DNA from: a virus
Taxonomy: Duplodnaviria; Heunggongvirae; Uroviricota; Caudoviricetes
DNA: 64,000 nucleotides
Strand: one strand, 5' to 3'
Virus record (IMG/VR): IMGVR_UViG_3300002834_000024
Span: 160,001-224,000 of that record
Part shown: positions 1 to 10,882 of the stretch, piece by piece
Layout: each line of letters begins with the position of its first letter
How positions within the stretch are numbered: the first letter of the stretch is position 1
Program-made: the position numbers and the translations under genes
Notes under the pieces: model-generated
What the model was told of the DNA's origin: nothing
Seen by the model: the letters and a program-made list of their open reading frames with translations, nothing else
The model's database searches: none

Positions 1-1
1 G

Positions 2-3000
2 TCATGTTGGTGGGGTATTAAACTTTTTGGTAAAAAAATTGGTTTTGACCCATGTAAATTAATTGCAAAATTGTTTTGTGCAATGTACAAATTAATGGGC
101 GGTTATATTTCATTGGGCGATGGTTGGTGTCCTTATTATGAAGTAATAGCAATACCTGGCGGGTGTGCTTGTACTGATGGAAGGAATAACTGTTTAATGG
201 ATATATTACAAGAGAAGTATCCTGGTGAAAACTTAATGTGTAATGCAGAGGAATTATTAGATTGTGTAATTAGTGCATTAGCCGAACAATATGAAATCGT
301 AAAATATGATTTTGGAAATGATTGGATAAATGGTGTAATGTATTTTCCAACATATTATTATAGAGAAGTACGAAAAGTTAGACGTAAATGGCTGGGGTTA
401 TTTGGTCCAAAAAAAGTTTCATTTAAAAGAGAATTTTGTGGTATAATCAATGAAGATGAGAGAGCAGCATCACATAAAACATGGTTTAGACGTGGTGTAT
501 CAACTAATGCTTTATATTATAATTGTTCTGTTGCTTATCAAACAGAGGATAATGAATCTTATGATTATAGTATGGATTTTGAGGCTAATAAAAAACCATC
601 AAGTGTTATTGAAGATTTAAGTCCACAAGATATAGGAGAATTAGTATTTTCTGGTGGCACAAGTATTATTAAAAACATTTTTGATAAAAAGACTTGTAAA
701 AAAGATCAGTGTTATAAACAAAAATCACGTGTTCAATTTGCTAATGGATTAGTAAACTTACATACAGATAAGTATGATGAAGATTGGTTTTATTATAGAC
801 CATATGACAAGAAGAAAAAATTTAGATTATATACAACTGATATAATTTTACTTGGTTCACTTAATGATTGTGATATAGATGGTGTATTTCAATTACATAC
901 ATATTTACCTTTAACTTCATACAACATGCCATCTATCTTAAAAGATATATATGTTGCCGAAGATGAAGATGAAAATACAACTGGAAAACGCCCAGAGGGC
1001 GGTGGGGGTGAAACTACTGCATCTGATAAAGATGAAGATATGGCAACTGAATTTAGTGGACCAATAATTGCTACTGGTGCAAATTGGGGAAAAGGTGCTG
1101 GTAGAAATAACACTACCGATCAAATACTTGGACAAAATAATTATAGTTACACCAGACGAAGTAGTGGATTATTTTTGGGTATTGATTGTATTGAATCAGC
1201 CACTACAAATAAAAGTTGTGTTAATGTTCAGCGTGTATGTGAAGTTGGTGTTGAATTAAATATTACCAGAGAAAAATATTTCACTTGTGATGATTTAATA
1301 AAACGTGGAAAAATTGAGGGTGAAGACCCATTACCAATTGCAGCTGATGGTTATATCAGTAAAGATGAATTGATAGATGGGTTAGAAATTAGACAAATGT
1401 TTGCAACACTAAATCATCATAGGTTAATTAATGATAATATTATTGAATATAAAGGGCATAAAACATATAAATTTGAATACCATTATCCAACAAATTTTGA
1501 TGGTAAGTTAGCTAACAATGATACATTTAATTATCCCAAAGTTACTTATAATGGTAAGATGCACGATTCAAGAGGATGTATTGGTTGTCCTAATCAAAGA
1601 GAAAAAGGAAATCCTGATCCTGATTTTAAAGATAGAATAAATTACAAAGATGAATGGTTTGATAAATATTATCATCAATTCAGGTTTGGTCATTCAAGGA
1701 TTGATCCAGAACATGATTATTATGATACTGAATGGTTAAGGGGGGCAAGACCTGTTAATTCATTTTATTTTTATTTTGGCGTTAAACCTGGTAAAACAGC
1801 AATTGAACAGTTTAGGCAAAAGTTTTGGGGGACATGTGTTAGGGATACAGGAAATGATTTGACAGCACAAGTTACTATTATTAATCATGCAAGTGTTTGT
1901 ACTTGTAATGATGACGATGCCCCAAAAGTTAAGTTTTTAGTCGAAATCAGAAATTTTAGTGGTTCGTATGATTTAGTAATGACTGATGAGTGGGGTAATG
2001 CAATTGAATTGGAAATCGGTCAAAAAGCACAAGAATTAGAAATTGATGAACCAGTTGATTTGACATTAGTCGAACTTTTATTTTCCGAAGAAGATGATAG
2101 TGATGTTCATTTCTACAATGAAATATTTAAAAAGGGGGGTAAATATAATTTAACTGTTACTGATGCAAGTGGGCAACAATTTACTACTGTTATTAATATT
2201 TTAATACAAAACATAATTGATTTTAATTCTGCAATGGCAGAAGAAATTACAGCAGGTTTATCAGATTCAGAATGTGATGGTAAAAAATGTCCAAAGGATG
2301 ATTGTACAAATGATTGTGATTGCGTTTGTTGTAATGATTATTTAAAGAAACCAGAAGATGATAATGTAAATGCTTTAAAAGCAAGAGTACAGTTAAAAGG
2401 TTTTGATAAAATTATAAAAAAGGGTTGTACATTATGTGATTATGAACTTGTAATAAGTAGATATAGAACTATTGGTTTAGCTTTAACCTTTAAAGTAACA
2501 GGTAATAAAACCAATGGTGTAACTGCACTTGAAATTAAAAAATATGATGATGGCGGTAGCGGATGGGAAGTTACTCCGCCACCAGGAACACCTGAATTAA
2601 CATATACAACAAGTAGTGGTTTAACTAAACATAATCCAATGGATTTTATACAAATACCAGGTGGTAATGGCGGTTTAATGAGAATTACAAAAGTTGATAC
2701 TAATGGGACTGTTAGTATGTCTCCATTGGGATTGGAAATTGTTGAACCTGGTACAGATTATAACAATTATGATAGTGTTACAGTAAATCAAGCCAGAGCA
2801 TTACTTAACAGAAAAATATATGATTTAGGTAGTGAAGCTTTTTGGTTTAATTGTGAACAAAAATCTTGTTCAGACTTTGAAAAAGATATGGATAGAGATT
2901 TTGGTATTGATTTATATATGTGTTCAGGTGAATATGAAATTACAATAAGAAATAAAGATAAAGAGGAAGGCTGTATTTTTGATTCTCATACCGAAACAAT

Positions 3001-6000
3001 ATCAGTAACCGAACATGAACCATTATGTTTAACAATGGATTCAGGTACAATTAAAGCCTGTAAAGTTGAAGAACGTGGAGAAGATAGGGAAGAAAAGGAT
3101 TGTTGGTGGTATTGGTTTTATTTGTGGTTAATAAATGATAATTACAAATATGAAATAGATGAAACTAAACCACCAGCTAATGGTTTACCTGATAATGTTC
3201 CATCACCATGTCCTGCTGACCCAAATAATAATGACAATTGGAAAAATGCACCTGAAGAACAGGGTATCATGTTTTGGTATTCTGACAATCTAATGGTTAA
3301 TACTGATGAACTTAGTGTTAGACAATGGAAAGATAAATTAAGGGCTACATTTATTGCACAATGTGATGATAATATGGGAATAACATTAGGTGGAACTGGT
3401 TTTGCACCACCTTATGTAACATTATTATTTGGTGCAAATTATCCAGCAAAAGGAGGACCAGATCCAAGCGACCAAGATTGGTGTGAAGATTGTAATCCAG
3501 GAACTGGCGCTGATGCTAATGACAGTGCAAGTAAATTTAAAAGCATATTAATAGATGCCTCAAATCCAAATAATGAAATGCTTGGGGAATTGGATTGTTC
3601 TAAAATAATTACACTTGGTTGTCAATATAACATACCATATAAAACATCAAAAACATCATTTTCTGGTAATGTTACAAAATTAAAATCTATATGTGAAACT
3701 GTTAATCCTGGCGAACAATTAGTTCCTGATGGTGTTGCATTAACTATAAGTCGAATACCAAAAGAACATCCTTGTGGTGTATGGAAAAATTATGAGGCTG
3801 GTGGATATTATGCTGGTGTTATGGGATTAGCTGGTTTTGGTACTGGTTGGCCAGGTGGTCTTGGTGGCATAATGAAAAAAATTCGTTCAGAAAATGGACA
3901 AACTGCTTGTGAACCAGTTGATCCAAGTATGGTAATTAAGTTTGAACAGGTATGGGATAAATTAGAAAGTATGGGATTTCCGACTGCTGCAAATGATAAT
4001 TTATTTTATTTTCATATTATTGACAAAAGATTAAAAATCTTAAAAGATTATGCAAGAGTTGCAGCATTTAAGGCTGATTATGCACAACCAGAAAAGAAAG
4101 ACCAAGATGTGACAGAATGTCATGTTCGGAACATAAATGGATTTTTTGATATATATTATCAAAACGGTCCAAACATTGATTTAAGACAAGATAAAGAGGG
4201 TACTGATTATGAATTTGTGGTTAGTGGGGTAGATGATTTTGGAATAGATCAAGACTATCATTTATCAACAACTGACAAAACATTACCTGGTGTTAGACAT
4301 ATATATTCAACTGATAACAGCAAGATTGAAGCCGAAGAATATACAATAACATTGGAACATTATCAAATTGAATATAATGCTGATGGAACAGTTTCTGGTT
4401 CAACATTAATTTGTACAGAAGAAGTTGATTACCCATTTGGTACAGCTCTTAATTATGGTTATATAACAGTTGAACCAAAAGTACAATGTCCAATAGGTGA
4501 AGCTGATGTAAATAATCCACATCCGCCTGTAAAAGTGGCAAACAGTTATTGTTATAATTTAATAGTAGATGGTACACCTTATGCAAATATTGGATTAGGT
4601 TGTTTTGATTTCTTTAAAATACGGTATAAATCTGAAGAACCAGCTTTTGGTTGGGGAGCTAAAATTAGTTTCTTTTCCAGTTTTATGAATGGTCATTCAG
4701 TACAAGGTTGGAATCTCGTAAATAGGGGCGGTGCATATCAAAAAGACCAAGTAATTTATGCTTATCCGTCAGAACCAGGTGGTAGTCCTGCATCTTTTAG
4801 AATTACTGATGTTGATCCAAATACAGGGGCGATAACAGGTATAACAATGATGTCACCAGGTGCTGGGTTTAAATGCCCAAATCCAACAGGTGGATTTTTA
4901 CAAATGTGTGTATTTACAAGTATTTCATTATATCCACCACCTGTACCAATTGAAGATAATATACCCGAAAATATATTATATTTTCCATATCCTGATTATT
5001 GGGGTGGTGATATGGGGCATTTTAACAGACCGTTATTTACCTATGATGTTATTAATGATTTACATTTAGATGAGCCAGGTCCAGCACCAAATCAAGACCT
5101 TGATATTGAAACTTGTTCTCCAATTGCTGAATGGAATAGTAAATATATAAAACCTGATTTATTAGAGGCTGAAAATGATCCTAAATGGAATGTTCAATCA
5201 ACCTTAACTGAAATTGCGCCATGGGTTAGAGTTGGTAACGAATGGCAGGAATACATTGATCCAATCACAGGTCAAAATTATAATAAATTTATGTGTGGTG
5301 GATTGCCTGCTGATGGAAGTGCCATGATTACAGATGAAACAGATGAAATTTATTTTACGATTGTACATGATAAATTTACAAATGTAAGAGCATTTTCACA
5401 ACCATTAGATTTTGGTAATTATTTAAGGGTATGTATGATAGAGTGTGATCCAGAGCCATTTGATAATTTAAAAAACTATCAAGGTGATGATACATTTGGA
5501 GGTTCGACTGCAAATACTACTAATGAGGTGACAAAGGCTGCTGGTGCATGTATGTTAAATATGTATTTAGAGGTTGTTGGTAGAAACGCATATCGTTGTT
5601 ATGGTTACACATGGACTATTCAACAGGGAAACTATGAATACAGGGAAGATAAACCAAAAGCTAATGAATTAGGTTGGGAAAATTATTATTGTAAAGATAA
5701 TAATGTTTTATTTGTTAATGACAAATATGAAAACAGTCAAAATTGTTGGATAAAATTTATTCCAACATCTGACCCATACATATATGATAGTGTTAAAATG
5801 AGAGCAAAAGAAGGTCTTGATCCACAAATATATTCTAATGAAAACAATGGTGTATTAGAAGCACCACTCATTGAAATGGATGTTAAGGATAGGGATAAAA
5901 TTGTTCGTATTTCTATGGTGGATGTAACTGGTACAGAATTTTATATGTACACAAGTGTATTTAGATGGATTGATACATGTCCATATGTTACATATTGTAT

Positions 6001-6409
6001 TTACGATTGTAATGAAAGAGATTTTTCATTAGATAATAATGATTGGGGAATAGTTGTAGATTTTGAAATATTTGATAGTACTGGAAGTTGGTTATTTAGA
6101 GATGTAACTAATAACTATTATGCACCTAATAATGGGGCTGGATATAATCAATCTACAAATCAGACAAATAATTTGCCAGATTTTCCACGATATGGCACAA
6201 TTAGTAAATCACCAACTGGGGGTACTCCGATTTTACAACAAGGTAAAAATTGGATAAAAGTTAATCAACCTTTGTCAGATGGTACAATACTTGAAAAGGA
6301 TTACAGAGGCAAACTATTCTTTGGATATGGTGGTGTCTTTGTTGAATTAGATGAAGTAGTTGTAAGTAATTGCAACTTTATATATAAAGCACAAATTAAT
6401 TTAGGATAA
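2..6409 (+). CDS. Very large Cys-rich virion structural protein (tail/baseplate region), 5'-truncated by the window edge
   Basis: Frame is open from base 2 (no stop before the track start at 71); >2100 aa; contains copies of the I-x-I-x-x-x-G-x-G-Y beta module also found in the 3073-aa protein; first gene of a co-oriented giant-ORF operon. Confidence 0.7.
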   Translation, partial: SCWWGIKLFGKKIGFDPCKLIAKLFCAMYKLMGGYISLGDGWCPYYEVIAIPGGCACTDGRNNCLMDILQEKYPGENLMCNAEELLDCVISALAEQYEIVKYDFGNDWINGVMYFPTYYYREVRKVRRKWLGLFGPKKVSFKREFCGIINEDERAASHKTWFRRGVSTNALYYNCSVAYQTEDNESYDYSMDFEANKKPSSVIEDLSPQDIGELVFSGGTSIIKNIFDKKTCKKDQCYKQKSRVQFANGLVNLHTDKYDEDWFYYRPYDKKKKFRLYTTDIILLGSLNDCDIDGVFQLHTYLPLTSYNMPSILKDIYVAEDEDENTTGKRPEGGGGETTASDKDEDMATEFSGPIIATGANWGKGAGRNNTTDQILGQNNYSYTRRSSGLFLGIDCIESATTNKSCVNVQRVCEVGVELNITREKYFTCDDLIKRGKIEGEDPLPIAADGYISKDELIDGLEIRQMFATLNHHRLINDNIIEYKGHKTYKFEYHYPTNFDGKLANNDTFNYPKVTYNGKMHDSRGCIGCPNQREKGNPDPDFKDRINYKDEWFDKYYHQFRFGHSRIDPEHDYYDTEWLRGARPVNSFYFYFGVKPGKTAIEQFRQKFWGTCVRDTGNDLTAQVTIINHASVCTCNDDDAPKVKFLVEIRNFSGSYDLVMTDEWGNAIELEIGQKAQELEIDEPVDLTLVELLFSEEDDSDVHFYNEIFKKGGKYNLTVTDASGQQFTTVINILIQNIIDFNSAMAEEITAGLSDSECDGKKCPKDDCTNDCDCVCCNDYLKKPEDDNVNALKARVQLKGFDKIIKKGCTLCDYELVISRYRTIGLALTFKVTGNKTNGVTALEIKKYDDGGSGWEVTPPPGTPELTYTTSSGLTKHNPMDFIQIPGGNGGLMRITKVDTNGTVSMSPLGLEIVEPGTDYNNYDSVTVNQARALLNRKIYDLGSEAFWFNCEQKSCSDFEKDMDRDFGIDLYMCSGEYEITIRNKDKEEGCIFDSHTETISVTEHEPLCLTMDSGTIKACKVEERGEDREEKDCWWYWFYLWLINDNYKYEIDETKPPANGLPDNVPSPCPADPNNNDNWKNAPEEQGIMFWYSDNLMVNTDELSVRQWKDKLRATFIAQCDDNMGITLGGTGFAPPYVTLLFGANYPAKGGPDPSDQDWCEDCNPGTGADANDSASKFKSILIDASNPNNEMLGELDCSKIITLGCQYNIPYKTSKTSFSGNVTKLKSICETVNPGEQLVPDGVALTISRIPKEHPCGVWKNYEAGGYYAGVMGLAGFGTGWPGGLGGIMKKIRSENGQTACEPVDPSMVIKFEQVWDKLESMGFPTAANDNLFYFHIIDKRLKILKDYARVAAFKADYAQPEKKDQDVTECHVRNINGFFDIYYQNGPNIDLRQDKEGTDYEFVVSGVDDFGIDQDYHLSTTDKTLPGVRHIYSTDNSKIEAEEYTITLEHYQIEYNADGTVSGSTLICTEEVDYPFGTALNYGYITVEPKVQCPIGEADVNNPHPPVKVANSYCYNLIVDGTPYANIGLGCFDFFKIRYKSEEPAFGWGAKISFFSSFMNGHSVQGWNLVNRGGAYQKDQVIYAYPSEPGGSPASFRITDVDPNTGAITGITMMSPGAGFKCPNPTGGFLQMCVFTSISLYPPPVPIEDNIPENILYFPYPDYWGGDMGHFNRPLFTYDVINDLHLDEPGPAPNQDLDIETCSPIAEWNSKYIKPDLLEAENDPKWNVQSTLTEIAPWVRVGNEWQEYIDPITGQNYNKFMCGGLPADGSAMITDETDEIYFTIVHDKFTNVRAFSQPLDFGNYLRVCMIECDPEPFDNLKNYQGDDTFGGSTANTTNEVTKAAGACMLNMYLEVVGRNAYRCYGYTWTIQQGNYEYREDKPKANELGWENYYCKDNNVLFVNDKYENSQNCWIKFIPTSDPYIYDSVKMRAKEGLDPQIYSNENNGVLEAPLIEMDVKDRDKIVRISMVDVTGTEFYMYTSVFRWIDTCPYVTYCIYDCNERDFSLDNNDWGIVVDFEIFDSTGSWLFRDVTNNYYAPNNGAGYNQSTNQTNNLPDFPRYGTISKSPTGGTPILQQGKNWIKVNQPLSDGTILEKDYRGKLFFGYGGVFVELDEVVVSNCNFIYKAQINLG

Positions 6410-6411
6410 TC

Positions 6412-8064
6412 ATGCCAGCTTGGACAGGTAATTATAAAGAATATGCAAGTAATCAAGATAGTAAATATGCAATAGGTTTTGCACAAGCTGACCTTAATTG
6501 TGTAAAGGGTGTTAGAATTTGGCCCAATGGAAGTTCAAAAATGTGCGGTTATGATGAAGTAGATTTAAGTGGAAAAATCGTAATCGAATATACTGATTAT
6601 TGTTATCAGAATCCAAGAGGGGAAATTGATCCAGGACCTTATAATCAGGTTTCATCAAATCCTGATAAATACTTATATCCAGATCCATTTTATTATATAA
6701 AAGGTGATCCAGCCCCAATATGTCCAACTGTATCACCATTTTCTGACCCAACAGGTATTAATCATGCACCTAAAAAGGTATACATTACAGGTAAAGAATA
6801 TGCAGCATTAGGTTGCTGTAAAGTTCTCGAAGATTTACCAACATGTTTGTCAGTTGAAATGAGGGTAGATATATTTCCATCTGTTGATGCCATTGGAATA
6901 CCAGATGATCAAGTAATAAGACCTGATTGTCCATCACCAATTTCATATAATGGTGAATGTAGACAGTATGAAGCAAAAGTATTTGCAGGTGATGAACCCG
7001 CACAGGCTGTTACATGGTCAGTAGAAGGTGGAACATCAACTAAAAACAAAATATCATCTATTGATCCTGGTGGGGATTTAACATTTTATAAAGCACAACT
7101 TTGTATTGCTAATGATGAAAAGGCTGAAAAAGTTAGAGTACAAGCATGTTCAACATTTGATAATAGTGTTTGTGGATATAGCGATGTTAGATTAAAACCA
7201 AGAATAATTATAAAAGTTCCAGAAGGAATTGATGGATTTACTCCATGCCAAGTTATTGATTTGGATGCGTGGATATTTGGTGGTGGAAATAATCAAAATC
7301 TTACTGTAACAGTAAGTGGACAAACTAATGCTGGTACACAAGTAATTAGAAATAATGATGGCAAGTTTCAACTCCAAGTTAGTTGTAATGAATCAAATGG
7401 TGCTACTGGTGCTGTTGCACCATTAAGAATAACAGCATGTGATGCAACAGGATTTAATTTTATTCCACAATTAGAACCAGCTGGTAATGGCGGATGTGCA
7501 TGGTTTGAATTACCTAAAAAATGGTTAAGTGTTGAGGGCGTAAATCCAAATAGTGTTGGTTGTGCGACATGTGGAAGCTCAACAAGTCCTGGATATACTC
7601 CTTGTGGAAACTGTACAACATATCAAGCATGGATGAATTGGGGGCAACCATGTCCAAGACGAGAAAATGTAACTGATAAGGTGGCTTGGACAATTGAAGG
7701 TGCTGTTAATTCAAATACTAAAATAAGTGTTTCTGGTACTGGAGCTGCTGCTGTTGCTACATATTGTAGAGGTGGTAATATATACAGTAGAGAACAAGTT
7801 GTTACTAATGTTGTTACTAATTGTACAGATATATATACTTATATGTGTGATGTATGTACAGGTACAGGATATATTTATACACCTGATGGTACTTATTCAT
7901 ATACTTATAGTTACGCATGTAACTGTCGTAATGTAAGAACAGGTCAAACTTGTACAACAACTCAAACAAGACAATATGTTTTAGTTGAAGCATGTGAACC
8001 AGGTCCAGTAACAATTGTTGCTACATCTAATGAGCAAATTAGAGGAACTAATCCAGCTACATAA
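6412..8064 (+). CDS. Ig-like-domain virion protein, Cys-rich (550 aa)
   Basis: Three Big_2-like units (AVTWSVEG, LTVTVSG, VAWTIEG, each followed by a V/L-x-V/I-x-A-C/T strand). Confidence 0.65.
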   Translation: MPAWTGNYKEYASNQDSKYAIGFAQADLNCVKGVRIWPNGSSKMCGYDEVDLSGKIVIEYTDYCYQNPRGEIDPGPYNQVSSNPDKYLYPDPFYYIKGDPAPICPTVSPFSDPTGINHAPKKVYITGKEYAALGCCKVLEDLPTCLSVEMRVDIFPSVDAIGIPDDQVIRPDCPSPISYNGECRQYEAKVFAGDEPAQAVTWSVEGGTSTKNKISSIDPGGDLTFYKAQLCIANDEKAEKVRVQACSTFDNSVCGYSDVRLKPRIIIKVPEGIDGFTPCQVIDLDAWIFGGGNNQNLTVTVSGQTNAGTQVIRNNDGKFQLQVSCNESNGATGAVAPLRITACDATGFNFIPQLEPAGNGGCAWFELPKKWLSVEGVNPNSVGCATCGSSTSPGYTPCGNCTTYQAWMNWGQPCPRRENVTDKVAWTIEGAVNSNTKISVSGTGAAAVATYCRGGNIYSREQVVTNVVTNCTDIYTYMCDVCTGTGYIYTPDGTYSYTYSYACNCRNVRTGQTCTTTQTRQYVLVEACEPGPVTIVATSNEQIRGTNPAT

Positions 8065-8091
8065 TTTATATAAAAATTCTATTTATTTACG

Positions 8092-10869
8092 ATGGAAGAT
8101 ACATATAAAATAATGATGGCTGGTGCCAAATCCAAACAGGCTGTACCAGCTGGTACAAAACTGAATATTGGAGTTGAAAGAGATTTTCATTTACTTGAAA
8201 ATATTGATTATAAAGGGACTGTTGATACATATCAAGTATATCTTGATGAACGTGATGCTTGTACTCTTTACCGATTAATTGTTACGATTGATCCTGTTTG
8301 TACTAATGTTCTTTTTAATCCATGTTCAATTATTGTAGATAAAGATTATACAAGAATTTTTAATGAAGATGAATCATCAACACCAGCTACAGCATTAATC
8401 TATGAACCTGATAAGGGAAAAGATAAAAACCCACCTATCACATATTTTTGTGGATATGATATTTTTGATAATGTACAATTCAGAACAACAAGATTTCAAA
8501 GAGCAAAAAAGTTAGATTCATTAGTACCATTAAAACCAGACCCAGATGTTTTACCATTGGAAGATGATGAAGAAAATGAACCACTTATTCATGTTTATAC
8601 ATTAGATGATATTACTGATGTTCATACAGCAGCTAATAATTATTTAGTTGAGTATGATGGATGGATTTCATTTAAAAATCCAAATAAATTAACAATATAT
8701 CAGTTAAAATTTAATGACAAAACTGATTATGAATATGATAAAATAGCCATTGATAAAGAAGATCCAGATGATAGATTGGAAAAAGAAAGATATTTTTTAC
8801 CATTTGCATCTGAACATGCAAATTGTGATACAATAGATATGTTTCCTAAAAGAGAAATGTTTTCTTTTAACCCAATGGTTGAATATAATGTAAATCCCGA
8901 AACTTTTAAATATGAAAGATGTCAATTTTTAAAAGAAGAAAATTGGCGATATTTTATAACATATCCTTACCGAAATGATTTTGAACACTGGTTAGTTACT
9001 GGTGAAGATGGGGAAAATGGTATTCCAATTATTTTTGGAAAAAAACTGGAAGCAGATGATAAAGAAAATATTAAATTTAATGTTCCAGTTGGAAAATTTA
9101 CGACAGCATACCCACATAATTTACAAAGGTCTGATAGAATTTATTTAACAAGTGATCAAAAAGAATATACCGTATTAGATATTGAAGATAAACGTACAGC
9201 ATATTTGTGGATTGAGGGTGTAAATACATCAGATCCAGTATGGGATAATGCAAGAATAAGAAGGATTGTTAATAATACTAAATCAGATTATTATATAAGA
9301 GTATTTAGAAAATTACCTAATTGGAAATTTGAAGAAGAAGAAATTACACCTAAAAATTTTGAAGATAGATTAGAAGTAAACAATACTGAATTTACTAATT
9401 CAAAACAAGCATTATCTTATGCTACAACAATATTTACAGATAGTATAAGTCAAATTGTTTTTACAGATAGTATTAATATTAATTTATTAACAGATAATCG
9501 TTGTCGACCATTAACAGAAATGTATTTAACAATTTTGAAAAATAATGAAGGTGATAAACAGTGGACAAGTGGTTCATGGGGTTCGTATGAAACTAAATAC
9601 CAAAGATTTTGGTCTAAAAATACAGTCGGATTTGAATTAACAAATCTTAAAGAAAAAGATATGGTACAACCAACTCTTAATGATAAAAGTACCTATGAAA
9701 CAAATTATCCTTCTGTATTTTATCTACATAATCTACAAGAAGCACCTGGTGGTGAATGGCAAGAAGGTGAAGCGGGTCCACCACAGAAAATAGAAATTAT
9801 TGATAAACAAGTTGAACCAGCACAGGAACAACCTGGATACACGAAAAATATTGAATTTGTTTATTCTCCAAAAAGTTTACAAACATCTGAAAATTTAGGG
9901 GATGTTGATGATGAAGAAACAGTTGAATTTTATGGCGATATTGCTGAATGGTCGCCTGGTGATTTTCAAGAAACAGTATTAGCACCTGTTTGTTACAGAT
10001 TTAACACCACAAGTAGAGAATCATTTGAATGGGCTGATAAAATGATGGTATTTCACCAAATTTGGCAAGATGATGAAGATAGAGGGTATGATCCAGATAC
10101 AGGTGCAACTCTATTAACTGATGAATATGATCCAGAAACAGGTGATGAATCAGAGGGGCCAGATTATGAAATCCCTGAAACATTAGATGATTGTAATGAT
10201 TTGTATAGCAATGGGACAAAATTTGTTTACAGAGGTTATATGAACATTGGACCAAGACCAGAGGGATATTATCATCGAGCTCATCATAAAATACCTTTTA
10301 AATGGTATTCAAATAAATTAAGACAAAAAACAGGAAAAGAAATAAAAGTAAAAATTATGCAACCAGAAAATTGTGTTGATGAACCAATGATTGCTTTTAT
10401 TACTTATACAAAACATAGTTTAATGTCAAGAGATGTAATTAGAATACATATCAATGATAAAGAACCAAATGATCCACCATGTGATAAATTATTTAGAGTT
10501 ACTTGTCCTGCAATTGACAGAGCAAAGTTTTTAATTCCGATGGATGATGAGATTATGGCAGCTGGTAAAGATGGTATTACTATTACCCATTATCTTGAAG
10601 AAATACCAACATGGGCGCAAAAATTAGAAGATGGTAGTTATGTATGGAGAAATATATTATTAAATGATGAACAAGATAGTACACATGCAGAAGACCAACA
10701 TGAAGAATTTCCATTTACAAATGGTCATTTTTACGTTCACAATTTGATTAAATTTTATTTAAGACGACAAGGCAGAGCATTATATTATAAACCATATCTG
10801 AATGATATTGCAATGGATCCATATCACCCAGATATACATGATGAAGAACCACCAAAAGATATTTGTTAA
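8092..10869 (+). CDS. Putative structural protein (925 aa)
   Basis: Long ORF within the structural operon; TATTTAT motif at 8080. Confidence 0.6.
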   Translation: MEDTYKIMMAGAKSKQAVPAGTKLNIGVERDFHLLENIDYKGTVDTYQVYLDERDACTLYRLIVTIDPVCTNVLFNPCSIIVDKDYTRIFNEDESSTPATALIYEPDKGKDKNPPITYFCGYDIFDNVQFRTTRFQRAKKLDSLVPLKPDPDVLPLEDDEENEPLIHVYTLDDITDVHTAANNYLVEYDGWISFKNPNKLTIYQLKFNDKTDYEYDKIAIDKEDPDDRLEKERYFLPFASEHANCDTIDMFPKREMFSFNPMVEYNVNPETFKYERCQFLKEENWRYFITYPYRNDFEHWLVTGEDGENGIPIIFGKKLEADDKENIKFNVPVGKFTTAYPHNLQRSDRIYLTSDQKEYTVLDIEDKRTAYLWIEGVNTSDPVWDNARIRRIVNNTKSDYYIRVFRKLPNWKFEEEEITPKNFEDRLEVNNTEFTNSKQALSYATTIFTDSISQIVFTDSININLLTDNRCRPLTEMYLTILKNNEGDKQWTSGSWGSYETKYQRFWSKNTVGFELTNLKEKDMVQPTLNDKSTYETNYPSVFYLHNLQEAPGGEWQEGEAGPPQKIEIIDKQVEPAQEQPGYTKNIEFVYSPKSLQTSENLGDVDDEETVEFYGDIAEWSPGDFQETVLAPVCYRFNTTSRESFEWADKMMVFHQIWQDDEDRGYDPDTGATLLTDEYDPETGDESEGPDYEIPETLDDCNDLYSNGTKFVYRGYMNIGPRPEGYYHRAHHKIPFKWYSNKLRQKTGKEIKVKIMQPENCVDEPMIAFITYTKHSLMSRDVIRIHINDKEPNDPPCDKLFRVTCPAIDRAKFLIPMDDEIMAAGKDGITITHYLEEIPTWAQKLEDGSYVWRNILLNDEQDSTHAEDQHEEFPFTNGHFYVHNLIKFYLRRQGRALYYKPYLNDIAMDPYHPDIHDEEPPKDIC

Positions 10870-10882
10870 AAAATTTTAGATT

